A stretch of DNA of 17,334 bases, taken from Vicinamibacteria bacterium. GTDB taxonomy: Bacteria > Acidobacteriota > Vicinamibacteria > Fen-336. The DNA is taken from assembly GCA_041481445.1 (NCBI GenBank), contig JBGPBV010000141.1, forward strand, positions 1 through 17,334, read 5' to 3'. This document shows positions 1 to 9,166 of this stretch, in pieces. The position numbers were made by a program, and so were the translations under genes. The notes beneath the pieces were generated by a model. The model did no database searches. It had not been told where the DNA came from and worked only from the letters and a program-made list of their open reading frames with translations. Position 1 is the first letter of the stretch. The number at the start of each line of letters is the position of its first letter.

Positions 1-1
1 G

Positions 2-256
2 CTCAACCGCCGCGAAGGCGCGGACTTCCAGATCGCCGGGATCGCGGACAGCAAGGACCCGAGCGTGGGCCGCAAGCTCCTCTATCTCTGGCAGACGGGA
101 CCGGACGAGGTCGCGACCATGAGCGTCTGGGACCTCCACACGGGGACCGTGGTGTACGCGTACGCCACCCGCAAGAAGAACTCGGCCCACGGCAAGCAGA
201 GCTCGGCCGAATCGCTGGCCAAGCACCTCAAGGCGCACATCGAGGGCCGCGAGTAG
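2..256 (+). CDS. 3' end of a CDS that starts upstream of the window (about 84 C-terminal codons visible); product unassigned
   Basis: The frame is open from the window edge to TAG at 254-256. Third codon positions are strongly G/C-biased, as in the other real genes. The 63-aa M-initiated ORF in the track is only its tail. I do not recognise a family from the C-terminus. Confidence 0.45.
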   Translation, partial: LNRREGADFQIAGIADSKDPSVGRKLLYLWQTGPDEVATMSVWDLHTGTVVYAYATRKKNSAHGKQSSAESLAKHLKAHIEGRE

Positions 257-272
257 CCGCGGCGCCAGGCGG

Positions 273-2771
273 CTATTCGTACCGCAGCGCCTGCTGCGGG
301 TCGATGCGAGTCACTCGATGGACGGGGACCCAGGCCGCGGCCAGGGCCGCCGCCAGCATCAGCGCGCCGATGCCGGCGAAGACCATGGGGTCGGCGGAGG
401 TCAGCTCCCAGAAGATGCGGTTGAGGAGACGGCTCAGGCCGAAGCCGCCGAGCGCGCCCAGGGCGAGCCCGACCAGGATGGGCCGCAGCGACTGCCCGAG
501 CAGCATCGTCACCACGTCGCGGGCGCGCGCCCCCAGCGCCATGCGGATGCCGAACTCGCTCGTCCGCTGGCTGACGACCCACGACATCACTCCGTAGACG
601 CCGACCATCGCCAGGAGGATGGCCAGGACGCCGAAGGTGGTGAAGAGAGAGGCGAAGAAGCGGCTGTTCGTGACCGACGGCGAGCTCGCGACCCGCTGGT
701 CCATGGTCATGAAGTCGTGGGCGGCCTGGTCTTTGTCCACCTCGTGGAGGGCGCCCTCGATGGAGTGGACGAGGGTCAGCGGGTCCACCGATCCCCGCAC
801 GACCAGGGCCTTGCGGGTGTGGATCCACTCGTCCTCGCGCCCGTATTGCCAGACGTGCTGCCGGAAGGGGACGTAGACCGCGGACGGAGTCTCCCGGAAG
901 AAGCTCGGATAGCCGACATTGGCCACGATGCCGACGATCTCCCGGGGCTGCGGCTCCTCCACCGTGCCCGATCCGCCGGGCCCGATCGAGAGGCGGATGG
1001 CCTGGCCGATGGGATCCGCGCCGGGAAAATGCTTGTCCGCGAACGCCTTGTTCACGACGGCCACCCAGGGAGAGCTGGCCACGTCGCGCTCCTGGATCGA
1101 CCGGCCGCGCAGCAGCTTGATCCCGAGGGTGTCGAAGAACTGGGAGTCCACCTCGCTCAGGTCGGCCTGGGGCTCCTTGCCCGGCTCGGGCACGGGCCGG
1201 CCCACGATGGCGAACGGGTGCGTCCAGACGCTCTGGGGAAGCCGGCTCCCGATGCCCGCCCGCGCCACGCCCGGGATCGCGCGCACCTTCTCGAGGAGAC
1301 CGTCGTAGAAGAGCTCCACCTGCGGCGTCACCAGGTTCATGTCCTGGGGCGTCTTGTCGAAGTACTTGGTCCCGCCGAGGAGGATGTCGGCGGTGAGCAG
1401 GTTCCGGGTGTCGAAGCCCGGGAGGCTGCGCTGCTCGCGCAGCAGCGCGCGCATCATCAGGCCCGCGCCCACGAGGAGGACCATCGACAGCCCCACCTCC
1501 GCGACCAGCAGCGCGCCCCGGCCCCGGCGGCGCCCGCTTCCGCCCCGGCCGCCCTCCTTCATGATCTCGACGAGGTCGATCCGGGAGGCGCGCAGCGCGG
1601 GCACGAGGCCGAAGATGAGGCTCGAGGTCACGGACACGAGGAGGGCGAAGCCGAGCACGCGCCCGTCGACGTGGATGTCGCGCAGCAACTCGGGGAAGTC
1701 GGTGGGCACGATGAGGGCGAACAGGCGCGTCCCCCAGAAGGCGACGATGAGGCCGCACCCGCAGCCGACCAGCGACAGGAGCAGGTTCTCGGTGAGGAGC
1801 TGCCGGACCAGCCGGCCGCGGCTGGCCCCGGTGGCCGCCCGCAGGGCCAGCTCCTTCTGCCGGGCCGCCCCCGCGGCCAGGAGCAGGTTGGCCACGTTCG
1901 CGCAGGCGATGAGCAGGACGAAGCTGACCGCGCCGAGCAGGAACTTGAGCACGACCTCCGGCCGCCCGAACATGGCCTCGTGGAGCGGCACCACCCGCGC
2001 TCCACGCTTGCCGGGCTTCTCGCCCCGGGCCTCGAGCACCTGCCGGCTGATCCTCGTGGCCTCCGCCTCCGCCGCCGCCATCGAGACCCCCGGCTTCACG
2101 CGGCCGATGGCGGTCATCCAGCGCGCCTGGGGGATCCGGCTGAGGTCGTTCGCGGCCCAGAACGCGATGTGGTCTGCCCAGGGGATGAGCTTGAACCCGC
2201 GCGGCATCACCCCGATCACGGTCCGCGGCTCGCCGTCCACGTGGAAGGACGACCCGATCACGTCCTTGATCCCGCCCAGGCGGCGCTGCCACGTGTCGTA
2301 CGCGATGACGATGGACCGGGCCTCCTTCTGCTTGATCAGGTCGCCGAAGTCCTCCGGCCGGTAGACGCGGCCGAGCAGGGGTGCCACCCCCACGACGGAC
2401 AGGCCGTTCACGTCCACCGGCATCTGCAGCACCCGGCTCGCTTCCGCGGTCCCGGCCAGGGTCACCGGCGCCCCGCCGAGCTGGGCCATCCCGAAGGACT
2501 CGAACGAGCTCCCGTCCTTGAGGATGGCCTGCACGATCTCCCACGTCGGGGCGTCCTCCTGGTTTCCCCGCTCCGGATCCGTGCTCCAGAGGATCACCAT
2601 GCGGTCCACGTCCTTGAACCCGAGGTCGTAGTGGGCGACCCGGTTCACGACGCTGTACATCGTGGTGGTCGCCCCCACGCCGAGGCCGAGGGAGAGCCCG
2701 GCCACCACGACCACGGTGGGATGGCGCTTCCAGAGCCGCACGGCGTAGCGCAGGTCGGTGAGCACACTCAT
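273..2771 (-). CDS. ABC-transporter permease of the FtsX/MacB type, ADOP family (duplicated FtsX domains, 832 aa)
   Basis: The N-terminus MSVLTDLRYAVRLWKRHPTVVVVAG is the characteristic start of Acidobacterial duplicated orphan permeases. There are two TM/FtsX-like hydrophobic blocks separated by large periplasmic domains. A GGAGG motif (RC of 2778-2782) lies 6 nt upstream of the ATG. No ABC ATPase gene is adjacent, so it is an orphan. The alternative overlapping ORF 82..2808 translates to RG/P-rich junk. Confidence 0.9.
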   Translation of the reverse strand: MSVLTDLRYAVRLWKRHPTVVVVAGLSLGLGVGATTTMYSVVNRVAHYDLGFKDVDRMVILWSTDPERGNQEDAPTWEIVQAILKDGSSFESFGMAQLGGAPVTLAGTAEASRVLQMPVDVNGLSVVGVAPLLGRVYRPEDFGDLIKQKEARSIVIAYDTWQRRLGGIKDVIGSSFHVDGEPRTVIGVMPRGFKLIPWADHIAFWAANDLSRIPQARWMTAIGRVKPGVSMAAAEAEATRISRQVLEARGEKPGKRGARVVPLHEAMFGRPEVVLKFLLGAVSFVLLIACANVANLLLAAGAARQKELALRAATGASRGRLVRQLLTENLLLSLVGCGCGLIVAFWGTRLFALIVPTDFPELLRDIHVDGRVLGFALLVSVTSSLIFGLVPALRASRIDLVEIMKEGGRGGSGRRRGRGALLVAEVGLSMVLLVGAGLMMRALLREQRSLPGFDTRNLLTADILLGGTKYFDKTPQDMNLVTPQVELFYDGLLEKVRAIPGVARAGIGSRLPQSVWTHPFAIVGRPVPEPGKEPQADLSEVDSQFFDTLGIKLLRGRSIQERDVASSPWVAVVNKAFADKHFPGADPIGQAIRLSIGPGGSGTVEEPQPREIVGIVANVGYPSFFRETPSAVYVPFRQHVWQYGREDEWIHTRKALVVRGSVDPLTLVHSIEGALHEVDKDQAAHDFMTMDQRVASSPSVTNSRFFASLFTTFGVLAILLAMVGVYGVMSWVVSQRTSEFGIRMALGARARDVVTMLLGQSLRPILVGLALGALGGFGLSRLLNRIFWELTSADPMVFAGIGALMLAAALAAAWVPVHRVTRIDPQQALRYE

Positions 2772-2777
2772 GCCGGA

Positions 2778-2782
2778 CCTCC
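2778..2782 (-). promoter_or_regulatory. Shine-Dalgarno (GGAGG) for the ADOP permease gene
   Basis: The reverse complement reads ctGGAGGtccggcATG, a 6-nt spacer to the start at 2771. Confidence 0.5.
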
Positions 2783-2848
2783 AGGGAAGGCTGTGCGGTT
2801 AGACGCACGCCGCCCGGCGGGAGTTCCGGAAATCGAGAGGTCCGGGAG

Positions 2849-4138
2849 CTAGGCCGTCCGGCGTCGCGAGCCCGGACGCGCGGACGGGCGCCTGGACGGA
2901 CGCCCGGACGGACGCCCGGACGAGTGCCGGTCGCTTCTCACGTGGCTTCGGTTCCCCGGACGCATCCGGGCGAAGCGCTGCGCCAGCGGCACCTCGAGCT
3001 TCTCGGCGGGCCTCCTCGAGTAGTCGAAGCCCGGCAGGGTGACCCGCGGCAGCCGCTGCCCGATGGCACGCTCGATGGACTTGAGGTCGGACTCTTCGGC
3101 GGGGGACACGAGCACGAACGCCGCGCCCGTGGCGCTGGCGCGCGCCGTACGGCCCACCCGGTGCACGAAGTCCTCGGCGTTGTTCGGAACGTCGAAGTTG
3201 ACGACGTGCGAGAGGGCGTCGACGTCGATGCCGCGCGCCGCGATGTCCGTCGCCACCAGCACCGGGAAGCGGCCGGCCTTGAAGCCGGACAACGCCTCCG
3301 TGCGCTGCGACTGGCTCCGGTTGCCGTGGATGCGCCCCACCGAGACCCCGTTGCGCGCGAGGTAGTCGGCCAGGCGGTTGGCCCGGTGCTTCGTGCGCGT
3401 GAAGGCGATCACGCTGCGCACCTGGCCGCTCTTGACCAGCTCCACCAGGAGCGCCGATTTGAGCTCGGCGGCCACGGGGTAGGCGGAGTGGGTGATCCCG
3501 GTGGCGGGGCGCGTCGCCGGCTCCAGGGTGACCGTGACCGGGTCGCGCAGCATCTGCCGCGCCAGGGCCGTGATCGGCGGCGGTATCGTGGCCGAGAAGA
3601 AGAGGGTCTGACGGTGGGCGGGCAGGTGGCGCAGGATGCGGCGCACGTCGGGCAGGAAGCCCATGTCGAGCATGCGGTCGGCCTCGTCCAGCACCAGGAC
3701 CTCGATGCCGTCCAGGCGGGCGTAGGGGAAGCGCAGGTGGTCGAGGAGCCGCCCCGGAGTCGCCACGATCACGGAAACGCCGTCACGGAACGCCCGCTCC
3801 TGGGGACCCATGCCGACGCCCCCGATGACGGTCGCCCCGGAGAGACGAGAGTTCGGGCTGAGCGCCCTCAGGTGCTCGCCGATCTGCACGGCCAGCTCGC
3901 GCGTGGGCGTGAGCACCAGGGCGCGCGTGCGGCGCGCCGGCTGATCGATCAGGCGCTGCAGGATCGGGAGCAGGAAGGCGGCGGTCTTGCCGCTGCCCGT
4001 CATGGCGCAGGCGAGGACGTCCCGGCCCGCGAGCGCGGGCGGGATCGTGTGCTCCTGGACGGGAGTGGGGCGGGTGAAACCGAGCTGGCGGACGCCGCCG
4101 AGCACGTCGGGGCGGAGCCCCAGGGATGCGAAGGGCAT
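2849..4138 (-). CDS. rhlE: DEAD-box ATP-dependent RNA helicase (RhlE-like) with an Arg/Ser/Gly-rich C-terminal tail
   Basis: The start MPFASLGLRPDVLGGVRQLGFTRPTPVQ is the Q-motif. AMTGSGKTAAF is motif I, VLDEADRMLDMGF is the DEAD box, FSAT is motif III, and HRVGRTAR is motif VI. The N-terminus is collinear with E. coli RhlE. The C-terminal 40 aa are RG/RPS repeats. Confidence 0.9.
   Translation of the reverse strand: MPFASLGLRPDVLGGVRQLGFTRPTPVQEHTIPPALAGRDVLACAMTGSGKTAAFLLPILQRLIDQPARRTRALVLTPTRELAVQIGEHLRALSPNSRLSGATVIGGVGMGPQERAFRDGVSVIVATPGRLLDHLRFPYARLDGIEVLVLDEADRMLDMGFLPDVRRILRHLPAHRQTLFFSATIPPPITALARQMLRDPVTVTLEPATRPATGITHSAYPVAAELKSALLVELVKSGQVRSVIAFTRTKHRANRLADYLARNGVSVGRIHGNRSQSQRTEALSGFKAGRFPVLVATDIAARGIDVDALSHVVNFDVPNNAEDFVHRVGRTARASATGAAFVLVSPAEESDLKSIERAIGQRLPRVTLPGFDYSRRPAEKLEVPLAQRFARMRPGNRSHVRSDRHSSGRPSGRPSRRPSARPGSRRRTA
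2895..2924. repeat. Tandem 12-nt repeat (ggacggacgccc x2 plus a partial copy) inside the helicase tail coding region
   Basis: Read directly: 2895-2906 and 2907-2918 are identical, 2919-2924 is a partial copy, and a degenerate copy sits upstream at about 2883. It encodes the GRPSGRPS repeats of the basic tail. Confidence 0.7.
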
Positions 4139-4221
4139 GGAAAGGCACTCTGCTTTCAGATCGCGGGTCCCGCTCGTGCGGGGCCGGCCGGCAGGGTCAG
4201 ATCAACGGGGGAGTCGCCGGA

Positions 4222-4245
4222 AGAGCCGCCGTGGCACGCGGCTCT
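4222..4245. other. Perfect 8-bp inverted repeat (agagccgc-N8-gcggctct) in the helicase/epimerase divergent intergenic region
   Basis: Seen directly in the 231-bp, comparatively AT-richer spacer between the divergent starts at 4138 and 4370. It could be an RNA hairpin in the helicase 5' leader or a dyad operator. Confidence 0.3.
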
Positions 4246-4369
4246 ATCGAGGAGAGGCGCGAAACACCGACAGTATCCCATCCAAGGTGGACGAAAGCAA
4301 GCGGGCCGCGGTCACGAAGGCATAGGTTTCCGTCCGCCGCTTGATCTAACCTATCGGCCGAAAGCGCCC

Positions 4370-5407
4370 ATGAGAACGACATCCCGGCTCGGCCTCTGCC
4401 TCCTCGCCGCGGTCACGGTCGCCGCCGAGACTCCGCCCGCCGCCTACCGGGCGGAGCAGGTCGGCCAGACCGTGCGGCTCACCGACACCGGCCGCGACGT
4501 CGTCGTGTCGATCGCGCCCTCTCGCGGAAACGTCACCTTCCAGATGCGGGTGAAGGGACACGACGTCCTGTACTTTCCGGTCGCGTCGATCGACGACCCG
4601 CGGGCCGGGCAGTTCGGCATCCCGTTCCTCGGCCCCTGGGCGAACCGGCTCGACGAGACCGCCTTCTACGCGGGCGGCCGGCGCTACGCGTTCGACATGG
4701 AGCTGGGCAACGTCAAGGGCGCCGTCCCGATCCACGGCTTCCTCGGGAGCGCCCAGTGGCAGGTGGTCGAGGCCCGCGCGGACGCCGACGCGGCCTGGGT
4801 GACGAGCCGTCTCGAGTTCTTCCGCGGTCCGCTCTGGATGAAGCAGTTCCCCTTCGCGCACACGATCGAGATCACGCACCGGCTGGCCGACGGCGTGCTC
4901 GAGGTACGCACGCGCATCCAGAACCTGAGCCTCGAGCCGATGCCGGTGAGCATCGGGTTCCACCCGTACTTCCAGCTGACGGACTCGCCCCGCAACGACT
5001 GGACGGTCTCGATCGGGGCGCGCCGCCAGTGGCTGCTGGCCGAGAACAAGATCCCCACCGGCGAGACGCAGCCGATCGAGCGCCTGTTCCCGAACCCGCA
5101 GGCGGTGGCGTTGAAGGACTACGACCTCGATCACGTCTTCGGCGACCTCGTCCGCGACGCGCAGGGCCGGGCCGTCATGAGCGTGAAGGGCCGCTCCCAG
5201 CGGCTCGACGTGACGATGGGCGGCAAGTACCGCGCCGCGGTCGTCTACGCGCCCGCCCCGGACCGCGGCTTCATCTGCTTCGAGCCGATGGTGGGCATCA
5301 CGAACGCGATGAACGCCGCCCACAAGGGCCTGTACACGGAGCTGCAGAGCATCCCCGTCGGGGGCACCTGGGAAGAGAGCTTCTGGGTGCGCCCGAGCGG
5401 GTTCTGA
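4370..5407 (+). CDS. Aldose 1-epimerase (galactose mutarotase-like) family protein, secreted
   Basis: GFHPYFQL is the family signature, CFEPMVG carries the catalytic-Glu motif, and [11 protein letters not shown] is also present. The N-terminal Sec signal is [19 protein letters not shown]. The track ORF 2924..5407 is the same frame with a spurious N-terminal extension antisense to the helicase gene. I take the ATG at 4370 as the start. Confidence 0.85.
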   Translation: MRTTSRLGLCLLAAVTVAAETPPAAYRAEQVGQTVRLTDTGRDVVVSIAPSRGNVTFQMRVKGHDVLYFPVASIDDPRAGQFGIPFLGPWANRLDETAFYAGGRRYAFDMELGNVKGAVPIHGFLGSAQWQVVEARADADAAWVTSRLEFFRGPLWMKQFPFAHTIEITHRLADGVLEVRTRIQNLSLEPMPVSIGFHPYFQLTDSPRNDWTVSIGARRQWLLAENKIPTGETQPIERLFPNPQAVALKDYDLDHVFGDLVRDAQGRAVMSVKGRSQRLDVTMGGKYRAAVVYAPAPDRGFICFEPMVGITNAMNAAHKGLYTELQSIPVGGTWEESFWVRPSGF

Positions 5408-5420
5408 CGATCTCCGGCCT

Positions 5421-5426
5421 GAGGAG
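5421..5426 (+). promoter_or_regulatory. Shine-Dalgarno (GAGGAG) for the SDR gene
   Basis: The sequence is GAGGAGcagaacaATG, with the start at 5434. Confidence 0.55.
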
Positions 5427-5433
5427 CAGAACA

Positions 5434-6212
<779 letters not shown>

Positions 6213-6213
<1 letters not shown>

Positions 6214-7781
6214 TGTCTCGAGTCACCGTGGGCGCGGCGGCGGCGCTCGGGTTCCTGGTCGGCTGCACACCCCGCCCGCAGGCGGTTGCGGGCTGGCGCA
6301 TGGCCGACCGGACGCTCGACGTCCTGACCGATCGGCCGCCCGGCGAGCCCGACGCGCCCGGGCCCGACGGCTTCGTGGACGACTACGACAACGCGCAGGG
6401 GCGGCTGATCCGCGGCGTCAACGGCAATATCTCGACGAAGTTCCCGGAGGACGGACGGTACGAGGTCGTCCTCGATGCCTGCGCCTCGAGCTGGGCCCAC
6501 GACTTCTCCTGGTCGGTGGACGGCGGGCCACCGCAACCGGCGACGTCGTGCCTGCACACGGTGCGCCTTGCCGAAGGCATGCATCAGGCCGAGCTGATCG
6601 CGCGGAACGCCTCCGGAGACGAGAGCCGGGCCACTCGGACGCTCAGCGTGAGGAACCTCGTGGTGGTCGGCCTGGGCGACTCCTACTCCGCGGGCTCCGG
6701 GAACTCACGCAACGGCCTGGTGTCCATCGACTACGACCAGATCCAGTGCACGCGCACCGGACGCTCGGGCCAGGCGGCGGCCGCCCTCGCGCTGGAGAAG
6801 GCCGACGAGGAGACCTCGGTGACCTTCATCCACCTGGCCTGCGGCGGCGCGCGCGCCACCACCGGCTTCTTGCGCGCCCACAACGGCCAGCCTCCCCAGA
6901 TCCTGGAGCTCGAGCAGATCCTGCCCCCGGGCAAGGCCGTCGACTTCGTCTCCTTCAGCATCGGCGGCAACGACGTGCGCTTCTCGGAGGTGATCGAGCA
7001 GTTGATCAAGGAGCCGGATGCTCCGCTCTCGCTGCTCGACGGCGAGCGCCTGCACGACCGGGTGCAGCGGCAGCTCGGAGAGCTGCGCGAGACCATGGCC
7101 AGCGTGGCCGCCTGTTTCGACTCCGGTTTCGAGGGCCGGCCCTGCGAGGTCACGGGCCCGTCCGGACGGGACGACGACGCCCAGGTGCTGATCATCCCGC
7201 GGATTCCCCTCGTGGCCCAGGATCGCGTGGTCCCGGTGACCTACCCGGATCTCAGCACGCGCTTCGTGAAGGACGGCCAGGGCCGGCCCGTCCTCGACGG
7301 GAGCGGCCAGCCGCGAGTCGAGACCTGCCCGAGCGGCGCCGTCGACGAGCCGGGCGATCTCCTCGACGGAGTGCCCGACGGCCTCATCGACGGGCGGCCG
7401 CTCGGGGATCCTCGTCCTCCGCGGCTCAGCGAATCGGAATGGGCCTGGGGCGGCACGGCCCTGCTCGGGCTCTCCGATCCGGCTCCCGACAACCGTGTCC
7501 CCGGCGTCTACGCCTACACGCCGGAGGCGGGCGGGGCGGCGGTGCCGCTGCCGTTCGTGGACACCTTGAACGCGCTGATCCTGGAATCCCGCGGACGCTT
7601 CGGCTGGAGCGCCTCCGACCGCTGGTTCAGGGACTCACGCGGCCACGGGTATTGCTCGACGCCGGACGACAACTGGTTCCTGCGCTCGATCTTCCACCCG
7701 AACGTCGCCGGCTACGACGGCGAGGCCCAGGGCCTCCTCGCGGAAGCACGGCGACTGGGACTGAAGGTGGACGGACTCTAG
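6213..7781 (+). CDS. SGNH/GDSL-hydrolase family lipoprotein with an N-terminal Ig/PKD-like domain and a large insertion
   Basis: The ATG overlaps the SDR stop (TGATG at 6211-6215). The lipoprotein signal is MSRVTVGAAAALGFLVGC, with lipobox LVGC. VVVGLGDSYSAGSG is SGNH block I, FSIGGNDV is block III, and a C-terminal FHPN is the His block. The SGNH blocks are separated by about 250 aa of extra sequence. Confidence 0.75.
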
Positions 7782-8992
7782 CCGGCGGGCTCCAGCGGCG
7801 TGTGGGAGTCGAGGAACAGCCAGCAGAGCGCGCCCGCCGCGTAGATGAGAGCCGAGATCAGGAACGTGAGCGTCCAGTCCTTCCCGGTCCAGGTCAGCAG
7901 GTATCCGACGACGATCACCGACGACGCTCCCGCCACGCTGCCCAGCGTGTTCATGGCGCCCGACACCGTGCCGGAGTAGCGGCCGCCCACGTCCATGGCG
8001 CCGGCCCAGGCCGCCGGCATCACGAAATCGTTGAAGAAGCCGGCCAGACCCAGGACGAGCATCGCGCGGACGGGATCGGCGACCTTCGTGAACGCGACGA
8101 TCGAGGCGGAGGCGCCGATGAACCCGGTGAGGGCGACCAGGCGGCGCGCGCGGGCCACGCCCGTCCGGCGGGCCAGGCGCGGGATCGCGGCCGCCGAGAC
8201 GAGGCAGCCGGCGCCTCCCATCAGGAGGGGCAGGCCGGCGAGCAGGGCGCCCATCTTCAGGCTCGTGCCGCGCGCCTCGCGCAGGTACGTGGGCAGCCAG
8301 TTGATGTAGAACCACCAGCCGTAGGCCAGGCACATGTACTGGAGCGACAAGAGCCAGACCGCGCGCGACGTGAAGATGCGCCGCCAGGGGACACGGGCGG
8401 CCACCGCCGACTCGCGTGCCGGCGGCAGCAACGCCCGCTCGGCGGCATTCATCCGCGGATGCCGGCTCGGGTCGTCCCGATACCAGCGATGGAAGAAGAG
8501 CGCCCACACCATCCCGATCGCCCCGAACACCTCGAAGGTGCGGCGCCAGGTCAGCCCTCCGATCATCAGGGCGACCAGGGTGGGTGTGAAGGCGCCGCTC
8601 ACGCGCGTGGCCAGCCACACCACGGCCTGCGCCCGCTCGCGCTCGCCCGCGGGCAGCCAGACGGTCAGGATCCGCGTCAGGTTGGGGAAGGCCCCCGCCT
8701 CGCCCGCGCCGAATAGCGCGCGCGTGACGATCAGCGAGCGCGGGCTCCAGGCCCAGCCCGTGAACGCGGTGAAGAACGACCACCAGAGGACGATGCGCAT
8801 CAGCACGCGGCGCGGTCCGATGCGGTCGCCCAGCCACCCGCCCGGGATCTCGAACAGCGCGTAGGCCCAGCCGAAGACGGACAGGGCCCAGCCCATCTGC
8901 ACGAGCGACAGGCCCAGGTCGCGGCGGATGTCGGCCGCGGCCACCGAGATCGCCACGCGGTCCATGTACGTGATCAGGGCCAGCAGCACCAC
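7778..8992 (-). CDS. MFS transporter, anion:cation symporter (ACS) family, DgoT/GudP-like sugar-acid transporter
   Basis: ALITYMDRVAISVAA...GWALSVFGWAYALFEIPGGWLGDRIGPRRVL is nearly collinear with E. coli DgoT TM1-TM2 and the loop motif. The product is hydrophobic throughout, with about 12 TM segments. The start is GTG at 8992, the first canonical start. The N-terminus would be more typical if it began a few codons upstream, where only a CTG is available. Confidence 0.85.
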   Translation of the reverse strand: MVLLALITYMDRVAISVAAADIRRDLGLSLVQMGWALSVFGWAYALFEIPGGWLGDRIGPRRVLMRIVLWWSFFTAFTGWAWSPRSLIVTRALFGAGEAGAFPNLTRILTVWLPAGERERAQAVVWLATRVSGAFTPTLVALMIGGLTWRRTFEVFGAIGMVWALFFHRWYRDDPSRHPRMNAAERALLPPARESAVAARVPWRRIFTSRAVWLLSLQYMCLAYGWWFYINWLPTYLREARGTSLKMGALLAGLPLLMGGAGCLVSAAAIPRLARRTGVARARRLVALTGFIGASASIVAFTKVADPVRAMLVLGLAGFFNDFVMPAAWAGAMDVGGRYSGTVSGAMNTLGSVAGASSVIVVGYLLTWTGKDWTLTFLISALIYAAGALCWLFLDSHTPLEPAG

Positions 8993-9153
8993 GAACGCGA
9001 GGGTGACGTAGCGGGCCCGCGTCGGGGCCGCGGTGTCGGCCGCTGGAATTGCCGCGTCGTCCAGGAGAGCCTCCGGTCAGTGGGCGCGTAACGCTAACAC
9101 GGCGCGGAGCCGCCAGACGCGAGGCTGGCCGTTCGTGGTAGGGTCCCGCGCCA

Positions 9154-9160
9154 AAGGAGA
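9154..9160 (+). promoter_or_regulatory. Shine-Dalgarno (AAGGAGA) for the Gfo/Idh/MocA gene
   Basis: The sequence is ccAAGGAGAagtctgATG, with the start at 9167. Confidence 0.55.
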
Positions 9161-9166
9161 AGTCTG

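Noticed and set aside
82-2852. Two long ORFs (82..2808 minus, 908 aa; 318..2852 plus, 844 aa) overlapping the permease gene
   Set aside because: Their translations are Arg/Gly/Pro/His-rich low-complexity strings with no motifs. They are alternative or antisense frames of the real FtsX gene, which is the frame with recognisable TM and domain sequence. Long stop-free shadow ORFs are expected at about 70% GC.
2924-4369. N-terminal 480 aa of the track ORF 2924..5407 (plus strand)
   Set aside because: It is antisense to the DEAD-box helicase gene and translates to junk. The real epimerase begins at the in-frame ATG at 4370, which carries a signal peptide.
6548-8837. ORFs 6548..8716 (plus, 722 aa) and 7635..8837 (minus, 400 aa)
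   Set aside because: They are RG/PR-rich out-of-frame or antisense shadows of the SGNH and MFS genes. They have no domain signatures.
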